Shown: piece by piece, positions 27,289 to 36,471 of the stretch
How the letters are laid out: each line of letters opens with the position of its first letter
Position numbering within the stretch: the stretch's first letter is position 1
Origin: Roseomonas sp.
Lineage (GTDB): Bacteria > Pseudomonadota > Alphaproteobacteria > Acetobacterales > Acetobacteraceae
Assembly (NCBI GenBank): GCA_020249145.1
Contig: JADCGF010000011.1
Coordinates: 75,012-139,011, forward strand
Length of the DNA stretch: 64,000 bases
Direction of reading: 5' to 3'
Notes under the pieces: generated by a model
Told to the model about the DNA's origin: nothing
The model's input: the letters and a program-made list of their open reading frames with translations, nothing else
The model's database searches: none
Made by a program: the position numbers and the translations under genes

Positions 27289-28860
27289 TCACTCACCAGC
27301 TACAGGCGCGCTGGCCCGCATGTGGCGTGGACTGCGCTCACTGCGCGCCATACCCAAATCCTGCAATAACAAATCGGTGCTGATGCGCGCACCTTCGTAA
27401 ATCACCGGTAGCCCACTGCCCGGATGCGTGCCGCCGCCCACCAGATACACGCCCCGCGCCTTACCGAAGCGATTGCGCGGGCGGAAATGCATCATCTGGC
27501 GCACATTATGCGCAAGATTGAAGGTCGCCCCATAGCCAACCGCATATTCATCTTGCCAGCCTTGGGGCGAGAGGATTTTCTCGTACCGAATGCGGCTTTC
27601 GATATCATGCAGGCCCAGCGCTTTCAGCCTATCCAAAGCAAGTCGCCGATAGCGCGGCGCTTCTGCCGCCCAATCAGCGCCGCCCAGCAAATTCGGCACC
27701 GGCACCAACATATAAAGCGTGGAATGCCCAGGCGGGGCCAGAGACGGATCAGTCCCTGCCGCCGCTTGCACATAAAGCGATGGATTTTGCGGAATAATGC
27801 CGGATTCGATTTGTGCGAGATTATTCTCGTAATCTTCGGCCAGCAGAACCGAGTGATGCGCCAGATCAAGTGGCCCTTCAATGCCAAGATAAAGCATGAA
27901 GGTGGAACAGGAATATCGCGCCTCGGCGATTTTCTTATCTGGCCATTGCGGGCGCTGTTCTTCTTCCATCAGCCCCGGAATGGCGTGCGCGAAATCGGCA
28001 TTCACCACCACCGCATCCGCGGCATGAAGCCGCCCGCCCGCTTCAACACCAACGGCGCGCCGGCCTTCAAAGACAATGCGATCAACCTTGGTGTTCAGGC
28101 GGATATCCACGCCCACACTCTCGGCCACCCGGGCCATGGCTTCCGATATCACGCCGCACCCGCCGCGCGGGTGAAACACGCCATGTTCATATTCCAGGAA
28201 GGACAGGATGGAGAACATGCTCGGGCAACGAAACGGACTCATGCCCAGGTATTTGGACTGGAAGGAAAACGCCAAGCGCGTGCGCGGATCGGAGAAGTGT
28301 CTTTGCAATTCCTGATCCAGCGAAAGCCAGGGCCGCAGATGCTTGAGCCCATTCATCACTTCCGGCGCCAGATAAGTCATCACGCCATGAAAGGGCCGTT
28401 CCAACACGGGGCGGAAGGCTTCCAGCTTCACGCGGTTTTCCGCCATGAAGCTGCGTACCCCCGCGGCATCGGCTGGGTTGATCTTCGCCACTTCCGCTTC
28501 CATGCGCGCCAGATCGGGCGTCGCTTCAATGGAAACAGGATTGGCGCCTTCAAAAATCAGCCGATACTGCGGATCAAGGCGGATCAAATCCACCTCATCC
28601 TCAAGCCGTGCGCCGCAGGCTTCGAAGATTTCCGCCAGGATGCGCGGATACAGGAAGAAGGTCGGCCCAATATCAAAGCGGTAGCCGCCAGGCGCCGTTA
28701 CGGTGCGGGTGCGCCCGCCTACCACGGCATCCTTTTCGAATACCGTGACGCGCACGCCTGAGGAGGCCAGCAGCATGGCCGCGGCCAAGCCTCCGGGGCC
28801 GGCGCCGATTACGGCGACATGGGGGCGAGTTTGTGAGAGCGAGGGAGGTGATGCGTTCAT
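27289..28860 (-). CDS. crtN: Phytoene desaturase family protein; probable 4,4'-diapophytoene desaturase (CrtN)
   Basis: GAGPGGL, FDIGPTFF, SFQSKYLGMSP, GGGTHPGSGLPVI. Confidence 0.8.
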   Translation of the reverse strand: MNASPPSLSQTRPHVAVIGAGPGGLAAAMLLASSGVRVTVFEKDAVVGGRTRTVTAPGGYRFDIGPTFFLYPRILAEIFEACGARLEDEVDLIRLDPQYRLIFEGANPVSIEATPDLARMEAEVAKINPADAAGVRSFMAENRVKLEAFRPVLERPFHGVMTYLAPEVMNGLKHLRPWLSLDQELQRHFSDPRTRLAFSFQSKYLGMSPFRCPSMFSILSFLEYEHGVFHPRGGCGVISEAMARVAESVGVDIRLNTKVDRIVFEGRRAVGVEAGGRLHAADAVVVNADFAHAIPGLMEEEQRPQWPDKKIAEARYSCSTFMLYLGIEGPLDLAHHSVLLAEDYENNLAQIESGIIPQNPSLYVQAAAGTDPSLAPPGHSTLYMLVPVPNLLGGADWAAEAPRYRRLALDRLKALGLHDIESRIRYEKILSPQGWQDEYAVGYGATFNLAHNVRQMMHFRPRNRFGKARGVYLVGGGTHPGSGLPVIYEGARISTDLLLQDLGMARSERSPRHMRASAPVAGE

Positions 28861-28945
28861 CCGGCAATCTGTCTTTACGGCCTATCGGTACCAAATGTCT
28901 AAAAGGAAGTAAAAGCCGGGACGGCCAAAGGGGTTTGGTCGGCCC

Positions 28946-30565
28946 TCAGGCTGCCATGGCCCCCTCGATTTCCGCGAAGCGCGCCCCAGCGCGCGGAAGA
29001 AGCCTGCGCAGATAGAAATCCGCCACCGCCCCATAAGCCGCGCCATCCGCCGCAGCCGCCCGCGCGAGAAGAGCACCCCCCAGCACCCAGCCCACCGCAT
29101 CCAAATAGGCAGTCGCGAGCGATTGGCTAGCCTCCGCATCGCGGCCTTGCACTTCCAACACCGCCTCCGTGGTCCGGGCCAGCCCCTCAGCCGCGGCGCG
29201 CAGCCTGGCATCGGGCAGGGCGGCGATCTCGCTGATGAGGCTCCGCATCTCCGCCCCGCCATCGCGGGCGAGCTTGCGGGTCAGCAGGTCAATGGCCTGG
29301 ATGCCGTTAGTGCCCTCATAAATCGGGGCAATGCGGGCATCGCGCAGCACCTGGGCGGCGCCGGTATCCTCAATAAAGCCCATGCCGCCATGCACCTGCA
29401 CGCCGAGGGACGCGGTTTCCACCCCGCGATCCGTGGCCCAAGCCTTCAGCACCGGGATCAGCAGCGCCAACCGCGTGCTGGCCGCTTTATCGCCCAAAAG
29501 CTCCGCCCTGTCGGCTGCCACTGCCGCTTCCAGCATGATCAGCCGGGCGGCGAGCGTGGTCGCGCGCATTTCCATCAGCATGCGCGCGACATCTGGGTGT
29601 TCCGCGATGCTGCGCCCGCTCTGCACACGCTGCGCGGCATAGGCTTCGGCCAGACGCAGCGCCGCCGCGCCATGCGCCACACCCTGGGTGCCCACGCCAA
29701 GCCTGGCATTGTTCATCATGGCGAACATGGCTTGCAGGCCGCGATGCGGTTCGCCGACCATCTCGGCCTCCGCCCCTTCATACAGCATGATGCAGGTGGG
29801 GCTGCCATGAATGCCCATCTTGCGTTCGATGCCACCGCAGCGGAAGGCATTGCGCGCGCCATCGGGTAGGATTTTCGGCGCGGCGAATAGCGAAATCCCG
29901 CGCGAGCCCGGCGGCGCATCCGGCAGGCGCGCCAGCACCAGATGCAGGATATTGCCGGCGCAATCATGTTCGCCCCAGGTGATGAAAATCTTCTGCCCGT
30001 GCAAGGCATAGCGCCCATTGCCCAGCGGTTCCGCGCGCGTGCGCAGCATGCCCAAATCGCTGCCGGCTTGCGGTTCGGTCAGGCACATCGCGCCGGTCCA
30101 TTCGCCGGCGATCATCGGCGGCAGCCAGCGCGCCGCCTGATCCGGCGTGGCGTGATGCCGCAGCAGATCAATCGCACCCGCCGTCAGCAGCGGGCCGAGC
30201 ATGAAAGACGTATCCGCAGCCATGCCCAATTCCACCATGGCAGTCCAAAGGCTGAGCGGCAGCCCCTGCCCGCCATGTTCCGCCGGTGCGGCCAGTCCCT
30301 GCCAGCCGCCTTCACGCCATTGATCATAAAGCGCTGGGTAATGCGCCGGCGTGGTCACCGTGCCATTGGCGTAGCGGGCACCCTGCTTATCGGCCTCCTG
30401 CGCCTTCGGTTGCAGGGCTTCGGTGCAGAAACGGTTCGCCTCGGTCACGATTTGGGCGATGTCATCGGCGGAAAGCGGCGCGCCGGCGGCATTGGTCAGG
30501 CCCGGCAGGTCAACCAGGCGCGTGAGGCCGAAAATCAGATCATCAGCGGCGGTGGTGTTGCTCAT
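28946..30565 (-). CDS. Acyl-CoA dehydrogenase
   Basis: MCLTEPQAGSD, GQKIFITWG, KMGIHGSPT, MMNNARL, VHGGMG, IYEGTNGIQ. Confidence 0.92.
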   Translation of the reverse strand: MSNTTAADDLIFGLTRLVDLPGLTNAAGAPLSADDIAQIVTEANRFCTEALQPKAQEADKQGARYANGTVTTPAHYPALYDQWREGGWQGLAAPAEHGGQGLPLSLWTAMVELGMAADTSFMLGPLLTAGAIDLLRHHATPDQAARWLPPMIAGEWTGAMCLTEPQAGSDLGMLRTRAEPLGNGRYALHGQKIFITWGEHDCAGNILHLVLARLPDAPPGSRGISLFAAPKILPDGARNAFRCGGIERKMGIHGSPTCIMLYEGAEAEMVGEPHRGLQAMFAMMNNARLGVGTQGVAHGAAALRLAEAYAAQRVQSGRSIAEHPDVARMLMEMRATTLAARLIMLEAAVAADRAELLGDKAASTRLALLIPVLKAWATDRGVETASLGVQVHGGMGFIEDTGAAQVLRDARIAPIYEGTNGIQAIDLLTRKLARDGGAEMRSLISEIAALPDARLRAAAEGLARTTEAVLEVQGRDAEASQSLATAYLDAVGWVLGGALLARAAAADGAAYGAVADFYLRRLLPRAGARFAEIEGAMAA

Positions 30566-31722
30566 GTTGTGATCTCCAATCCGGCCAGCAGGCCAGGTGC
30601 CGGGGCATCACGCCCGGCGGCCCAGCCCGGTAGTGCGCGGGCGAGCGCAGTATCCTCCGCCGCCGCGGCCAGGGCCAGACCTAAAAGCGGGGCGAATTTG
30701 AAGCCATGGCCGGAAAAGCCGGACATGACAAAGCAGGCGGGGGCGGCGGCTTCCAGGATGAATTCCTCCCGGTCTTCCACATCGTAATAGCAGGCCTGGG
30801 CGCCCAGCACGCGATAGCCAGCCGCACCGATCAGGCGCGGGCGGGCGAGGGCCAGGATTTCCTCGATTTCTGCGGGCGTTGCCGCGCGCGGATCCGCCCC
30901 GGCATCGCCCTGGCGGGAAAAGCGGTGATCGCCAATCTTGAGCGCGGTGCCGGCCACTGGCGGTACGGCGTAGAACCCGCCATCCTCGGCCAGATCAAGC
31001 AGCATGGGTGCGGCTTCCCAAGCGGCACGGAAGGCCGGCGGGGCTTCAAGACGCACCAGGATTTGCCGGGACGGCACCACGCGGCCAGTAAGCCGGGTGC
31101 CGAGCAGCCTTGGCCCCCAGGGTCCGGCGGCCAGTACCAGCAGATCAGCGCTGCGTTCCACGCCATTGGTGAGCCACAGCGCCGCACGATCCGGCAGGGC
31201 GGCGGCAACCTCGGCGGCCTCGAACACCACGCCTTGTGTGGCGAGATGCGCGGCGAGCCCGGCGACGATGCGTTCCGCGAGCAGCGCGCCACCGCGCGGC
31301 AAGGTGAAGGCCGCGGCTATGCCGGTATCTGACAGCATGGGAAAGCGCGTGGTGATCTGATCCGGCGACAGGTCAGCACATGCATGCCCATCGGCCCGCA
31401 ATGCAGCACGGCTTTCCGCAAGCCAGCCACCCTGGTGATTGGCGAGTGCCAGCACGCCGGTTTCCACATAATGCCGGGTGCCGAGTGCGGCCCAGATCAT
31501 GTCCCAAGCCGCATAGGCAGGGTCAACCATCCGCATATAGCCAGCCTGCGCGCCATAGGCGTGGCGGATCAGCCGGTGCTGATCCACCGAAGCGCCGCGC
31601 GGATTGGGGATGGGTGCCTGTTCAATCACGCGCACCTGCCAGCCGGCGCGGGCCAGCGCCCAGGCGGTGCAAAGCCCCATGATGCCGGCGCCGAGAATCA
31701 GGGCGTTTCGTTGTGCTGCCAT
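30562..31722 (-). CDS. FAD-dependent oxidoreductase (monomeric sarcosine oxidase-like)
   Basis: GAGIMG, RLIRHAYG, ACYY (covalent-FAD Cys position), GFSGHGFKFAP. Confidence 0.85.
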   Translation of the reverse strand: MAAQRNALILGAGIMGLCTAWALARAGWQVRVIEQAPIPNPRGASVDQHRLIRHAYGAQAGYMRMVDPAYAAWDMIWAALGTRHYVETGVLALANHQGGWLAESRAALRADGHACADLSPDQITTRFPMLSDTGIAAAFTLPRGGALLAERIVAGLAAHLATQGVVFEAAEVAAALPDRAALWLTNGVERSADLLVLAAGPWGPRLLGTRLTGRVVPSRQILVRLEAPPAFRAAWEAAPMLLDLAEDGGFYAVPPVAGTALKIGDHRFSRQGDAGADPRAATPAEIEEILALARPRLIGAAGYRVLGAQACYYDVEDREEFILEAAAPACFVMSGFSGHGFKFAPLLGLALAAAAEDTALARALPGWAAGRDAPAPGLLAGLEITT

Positions 31723-31856
31723 AGGGCAAGCCTATGCCGGTTTGGGCGGGGATTGGAAATGCTTGTTTTATCAAACCGCCAAGGGCAAACCTTCTTTGCC
31801 TAATCGGTGCAAGGCAAGGCCCCTTCCCGCCAAAGCCAAAAGGAACCCATCCCGCC

Positions 31857-32243
31857 ATGATCATCGCCTTCTGGACCCTGCCTTTGACCGTGATCTTCCT
31901 CTGGCTCAGCTTCCGCGTGATCCGCCACCGTCGCGCCGAGCGGACCCCGCTTGGGTCGGGCGGTAATCCCGCGCTGGAACGCGCCATCCGGGCGCATGCG
32001 AATTTCGCGGAATTTGTGCCCTTTGCGGTGCTGCTGCTGATCCTGGCGGAATGGGGCGGTGCCTGGCCATGGCTGCTGCACGCGCTTGCGGCGCTGCTGG
32101 TCGCGGCGCGCCTGTCCCATGGCATGGGTATAGCGAAGGACCCGGAAGATTATCGCTTTCGCGTCTTTGGCATGACGGGGACCTTTAGCGTCATGGGTAT
32201 CGCGGCGGTCGCGGCCTTCCTGGGGGCTCTTTCGCGCGGGTGA
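31857..32243 (+). CDS. MAPEG family membrane protein
   Basis: RAHANFAEFVP, ARLSHG; 3-4 TM segments. Confidence 0.88.
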   Translation: MIIAFWTLPLTVIFLWLSFRVIRHRRAERTPLGSGGNPALERAIRAHANFAEFVPFAVLLLILAEWGGAWPWLLHALAALLVAARLSHGMGIAKDPEDYRFRVFGMTGTFSVMGIAAVAAFLGALSRG

Positions 32244-32303
32244 GGCTTGCGGGATTCGACTGATTGCGCCCCTCACGCCCCTTCATTCGGGGAGAAATGA
32301 TCC

Positions 32304-32735
32304 ATGACCTTGGCCCCCCAGACGTGTCCCGCCGACCTCGTCCCAGAGCTTTCGGTGCGCGACCTCGCTGCAAGCCTTGCCTTCTGGTGCGGGCCCTGTG
32401 GCTTCGCCGTGGTCTTCGACCGGCCGGAGCAAGGCTTCGCCTGCATCCAGCGCGGCACGGCGCGGGTGATGCTGGACCAACTCGGCACGGGCCGGGACTG
32501 GGTGACGGCGCCGCTCGAACCGCCGCTTGGGCGGGGGATCAACCTTGAGATTGCGGTCGAGGATATCGCGCCAATCCTGGCGGCGCTGGAGGCGGCGGGC
32601 TGGCCGCTTTTCCTCGGCCCCGAGGAGAAGACCTACCGCGTCGGCGAGGAGTTAGTGACGGTGCGGCAATTCCTGGTGCAGGATCCGGACGGCTACCTGC
32701 TGCGCTTCTCCGAGAGGGTCGGCCATGGCGCATGA
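32304..32735 (+). CDS. VOC family (bleomycin-resistance-like) protein
   Basis: LVPELSVRDL..SLAFW, PLGRGINL, QFLVQDPDGYLLRF. Confidence 0.88.
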   Translation: MTLAPQTCPADLVPELSVRDLAASLAFWCGPCGFAVVFDRPEQGFACIQRGTARVMLDQLGTGRDWVTAPLEPPLGRGINLEIAVEDIAPILAALEAAGWPLFLGPEEKTYRVGEELVTVRQFLVQDPDGYLLRFSERVGHGA

Positions 32736-32857
32736 ATTCAAGGCCTTCGAAATCTTTACCGACCAGCGCTTCGGGGCATCATCATGCGCAGCAGAACGCT
32801 TGTGCGATGACCGTGAATGCGGCCTATGATGGCCCCGTACTAACGGAGAGCTAATCC

Positions 32858-33238
32858 ATGACCTTGACCGTCCAACAAATGCTTGCCGCCGCCGAAGCCG
32901 TGGTGCCGCGCATCAGCGCAGATGAAGCGAAAGGCCTGCTCGGCCGCGCCGATGTGGTTTTTCTGGATGTGCGCGAACCGGCAGAAGTCGCTGCTTCCGG
33001 CAAGGTGCCAGGTGCGCTGACGATCCCTCGTGGCTTGGTGGAATTCCGCGCCGATCCTTCTTCCGCGCTGCATGATGCGGCCTTTGATCGCGCCAAGACC
33101 ATTATTGCCTATTGCGCATCCGGCGGGCGTTCCGCGCTGGTGCTGAAGACGCTGCATGACATGGGCTATGCCAATGTGCGCAATCTGGGCGGCTTCAAGA
33201 ATTGGGTAGATGGCAACGGCGAGATCGAAAAGGTCTGA
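32858..33238 (+). CDS. Single-domain rhodanese/sulfurtransferase
   Basis: LDVREP.E, active loop YCASGGRS, NLGGF..W. Confidence 0.9.
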   Translation: MTLTVQQMLAAAEAVVPRISADEAKGLLGRADVVFLDVREPAEVAASGKVPGALTIPRGLVEFRADPSSALHDAAFDRAKTIIAYCASGGRSALVLKTLHDMGYANVRNLGGFKNWVDGNGEIEKV

Positions 33239-33246
33239 CCTTCACA

Positions 33247-33274
33247 TGGGGATCGCGCAACGACGCGATCCCCA
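33247..33274. terminator. Hairpin between convergent genes
   Basis: TGGGGATCGCG-caacga-CGCGATCCCCA, 11-bp stem. Confidence 0.6.
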
Positions 33275-33288
33275 AGTTATGCACGCCT

Positions 33289-34245
33289 TTATTGTGGCTG
33301 AATGCCCGCCGCGCGCGCGGCATCGCCCCATTTCTTCATCTCCGCTTCCGTGAAGGCGCGCATTCCTTCCGGTGTGTTGGAGATGATCTCGGCGCCCAAA
33401 GTCTTGTGGCGTTCCACCACGCTTGGCACTTGCAGCGCGGCACGGATATCGGCGTTCAGCTTCGCCAGAATGGGCGCGGGAATGCCGGCCGGGCCAATCA
33501 CCATGCCCCAGGTTGAAGCCTCAAAACCTGGCAGGAAGGCTTCGCCAAGCGTGGGAACATCGGGCAATTGCGGGCTGCGCCGCGCGCCGGTGGTGGCAAG
33601 GGCTTTCAGCGTGCCAGCCTGGATATGCGGCAACGCAGCCGGCACCGTGTCAAACATGATATTCACGCGATTGGCGATCAGGTCCGGATGCGCCTGGGTG
33701 CTGCCGCGATAAGGCACGTTTTCCAGCTTGATCCCGGTACGCTCGGCAAACAGTACCGGCGCCAGGCGCACCACGCCACCCGTGCCGGCAAAGGTCACGC
33801 CCGGGTTGCGCTTGGCATAATCCACCAATTCAGCCGGCGTATTGGGCGCGAAGGCTTTCGGCGCACACAGCACCAAAGGTGTCGCGGTGGTTTGAGAGAT
33901 GAAGGTGAAATCCCGCATCGTATCGAAGGGCAGCCGATAAAACGCCGCATTGATCGGGTGCGCAACCGAAACCAAGCCAAGCGTATGCCCATCCGGCGCG
34001 CTGCGCGCCACCACTTCCGTGCCGATCACGCCATCCGCCCCGGCGCGGTTTTCCACTGGCACAGGATGGCCCCAAGTGGCGGCCAAGGGCTCAGCGATCA
34101 GCCGCGCCGTGATGTCCGAAACGCCCCCCGGCGTATAGGGCACAATCATGCGCACGGCGCGATTGGGAAAGCCGCTTTGCGCCCTGGCACTGACAGCAAG
34201 CAATAGGGCGGGCGCGGCCAAAGCCGTGCGGCGGGTGAATTTCAT
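33289..34245 (-). CDS. Bug/TctC substrate-binding protein
   Basis: MKFTRR signal, FPNRAVRMIVPYTPGG, APDGHTL, VPYRG, PDVPT. Confidence 0.9.
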   Translation of the reverse strand: MKFTRRTALAAPALLLAVSARAQSGFPNRAVRMIVPYTPGGVSDITARLIAEPLAATWGHPVPVENRAGADGVIGTEVVARSAPDGHTLGLVSVAHPINAAFYRLPFDTMRDFTFISQTTATPLVLCAPKAFAPNTPAELVDYAKRNPGVTFAGTGGVVRLAPVLFAERTGIKLENVPYRGSTQAHPDLIANRVNIMFDTVPAALPHIQAGTLKALATTGARRSPQLPDVPTLGEAFLPGFEASTWGMVIGPAGIPAPILAKLNADIRAALQVPSVVERHKTLGAEIISNTPEGMRAFTEAEMKKWGDAARAAGIQPQ

Positions 34246-34377
34246 GGTGTTTCTCCCCTTGGGTATTGAGAGTAGTCTGCCTGATCGAGAGATTTTTGCC
34301 AGGGGTCGCATATAGTGATCTTGTGTCAATGAAAAACCGATATTGAAGGTGACCCCTTAATGCGCGTGATCCCGCCC

Positions 34378-35664
34378 ATGACACATCAGCGCCAGGACGT
34401 TTTCCAAGGTTTTTCGCGCCGTGCCCTATTCGCTGCCCTGCTCGCGGCGCCCGCCTGTGCTGAGACCAATGCGAATCCCGTCATTCTTCAAGGGGGCATC
34501 GGCCGCAATCCAGCGGGCCCCAATATGGCGCTTTATGCCGATGCGCTGGGTATCTATCCGCGCGCCGACCGCAGCACTTGGTGGCGGCCAAGCCATAGCG
34601 TGGACGGTTTTTCTCGCCTGGATGAGATTTTCCCGAGCGCGATTTCTGCCGCGCCTGCCACTGCCAGCCCCCTCCGGCGCGCCGGCGCCGAGCTCGCAAT
34701 TTCCTATGATGGTACGCCAAACCTTGGTGCCGGGCGCTTCGGGCTAAACGCCTATTTGGCACGCAATCCCACCACTGGATTGCTGATCGCGAAAGATGGC
34801 GAAATACTGATTGAACGCTACCAATATGGTCGCACCGATCAGCATCGCCTGACGTCCTTTTCCATGGCCAAAACGCTGATCGCCATGCTGATCGGTATCG
34901 CGGTGCAAGAAGGCCGCATCAAATCCATCGACGATACCGCGGCATTCTACGTTCCCGCCTTGTCCGGCACGGAATATGGCGCAACACCCATCCGGCATTT
35001 ACTGACCATGTCATCCGGCGTCGCTTTCCGTGAAGAATATGACGGCACTGATGACTCCGCGCGGCTTTCCGCACTTAGCTTCCGCCGGCAAAGCGCCGGT
35101 GGTGCCGCGGTGCCGCCCAATTTCAACCAGCGCATCGCACCACCCGGCCAGCGTTGGTATTACGCATCGGGCGAGACTTTCGTGCTTGCGCTGGTGCTGC
35201 GCCAGGCCCTTGGTCGTTCCATCGCCGATTATTTTAGTGAGAAAATATGGCGGCCTATTGGTGCGGAGGCACCGGCAAGCTGGCTGACCGATGCCTCGGG
35301 CCTGGAGATCGGCTATATGGGCTTCAATGCCGTGCTGCGTGATTATGCCCGGCTTGGCATGATGTTGGCGCGCGGCGGGGAAGCGCAGGGCCGTCAGCTT
35401 ATCCCCCCGGCCTGGTTCAGGGAAATGACGCGCGCGCATTTTCCGCCAAATGCTACGCGGCGCTATTACGGCTATGGCTTTCAGACCTGGGTCTTTCCCG
35501 CCATGGATGGCAGCTTTGCCTTGCTTGGTGTGCGCGGGCAGGCAATGTTTGTAGACCCGGCAAGGCGGCTTATCCTGGTGCATACTGCGGTGCGGCCTGA
35601 TGCTCGCGATCCTGGCGGGGCAGAAACCAATGCCCTCTGGCGCGGCGTACTCCGCGCCGTGTGA
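34378..35664 (+). CDS. Serine hydrolase, beta-lactamase/NylB-like family
   Basis: SFSMAKT (SxxK), HLLTMSSG, YGYGFQTW; RR signal. Confidence 0.88.
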   Translation: MTHQRQDVFQGFSRRALFAALLAAPACAETNANPVILQGGIGRNPAGPNMALYADALGIYPRADRSTWWRPSHSVDGFSRLDEIFPSAISAAPATASPLRRAGAELAISYDGTPNLGAGRFGLNAYLARNPTTGLLIAKDGEILIERYQYGRTDQHRLTSFSMAKTLIAMLIGIAVQEGRIKSIDDTAAFYVPALSGTEYGATPIRHLLTMSSGVAFREEYDGTDDSARLSALSFRRQSAGGAAVPPNFNQRIAPPGQRWYYASGETFVLALVLRQALGRSIADYFSEKIWRPIGAEAPASWLTDASGLEIGYMGFNAVLRDYARLGMMLARGGEAQGRQLIPPAWFREMTRAHFPPNATRRYYGYGFQTWVFPAMDGSFALLGVRGQAMFVDPARRLILVHTAVRPDARDPGGAETNALWRGVLRAV

Positions 35665-35703
35665 CCCATGGCGGTGCCTACCTAAACGAACGATCCGCCG
35701 CTA

Positions 35704-36471
35704 TCACTCAGGCTGCGACGTACCAGATGCCGAACCAGGCTCGACAAAGCGCCGGCTATCCATGGTGATACTCACGGCGCGCCCTTGGCGGCAATTGTTC
35801 ATGCAGGCGCTATCTTCCGTGTCTGGCCGCGCTTCCAGCACAAAGCCATCGCGATTGGGCATGGCGATGTTGCGCAGGCTTGTCGCATCCATCTTGTCGT
35901 CTTCGCCAATCAGCTCATTCAGAAAAAGCACATAGGCGGTGATGGCGTAGTATTCGTCATTGGAAAGGCTTTGCGGTGCGGCATAAGGCATGGCGCGGCG
36001 GATGTAGTCAAAGACACTCGGCGCATGCTGCCAGAAGGATCCAACCGTGCGCTTTGGCTGGTCAGACCGCAGGCTACCACGCCCACCCATCAGCGCGGGC
36101 CAGCGTTCCAGCCCCTCACCGAAATCGCCATGGCAGGCTGCGCAATGCGTGACGTAAAGCTCCTCACCTTCTTTCGCGGTACCGCTGCCGGGCGGCAGGT
36201 TATGGCCATCACCGCGCACGGCGATATCCCAGCCGGCGATTTCCGCCGTTGTTGCGGCACGGCCGATCCCTGGGATGGGTGCCGGAAGCGCTGCCGCACT
36301 GGCGGGCCAGGCGATATCGGCGCGCGTTCTATCGCCCGGAGGTGCCGTGAAGGGGCGATAAATTTCGCTGATGGCCGCTGAAGAATTGGGCGCTTGCTGC
36401 GCCTGCACAATTCCAGCAATCAGGATGATGGCTACGGCGCAACCCGCAATCTTAAGCATCAATCTGGACAT
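35704..36471 (-). CDS. soxD: Sulfur-oxidation c-type cytochrome SoxD (monoheme)
   Basis: GIGRAAT..EIAGWDI, CAACHG, TVGSFW, DYIRRAMP, MPNRDGF, CMNNC; overlaps the soxC stop. Confidence 0.88.
   Translation of the reverse strand: MSRLMLKIAGCAVAIILIAGIVQAQQAPNSSAAISEIYRPFTAPPGDRTRADIAWPASAAALPAPIPGIGRAATTAEIAGWDIAVRGDGHNLPPGSGTAKEGEELYVTHCAACHGDFGEGLERWPALMGGRGSLRSDQPKRTVGSFWQHAPSVFDYIRRAMPYAAPQSLSNDEYYAITAYVLFLNELIGEDDKMDATSLRNIAMPNRDGFVLEARPDTEDSACMNNCRQGRAVSITMDSRRFVEPGSASGTSQPE

Noticed and set aside
25675-28761. Long plus-strand ORFs (564 aa and 445 aa) opposite crtP and crtN
   Set aside because: Antisense shadows with Arg/His/Gln-rich non-protein-like composition
28861-28945. PpsR/CrtJ (TGT-N12-ACA) site upstream of crtN
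   Set aside because: Both TGT triplets checked lack ACA at the right spacing
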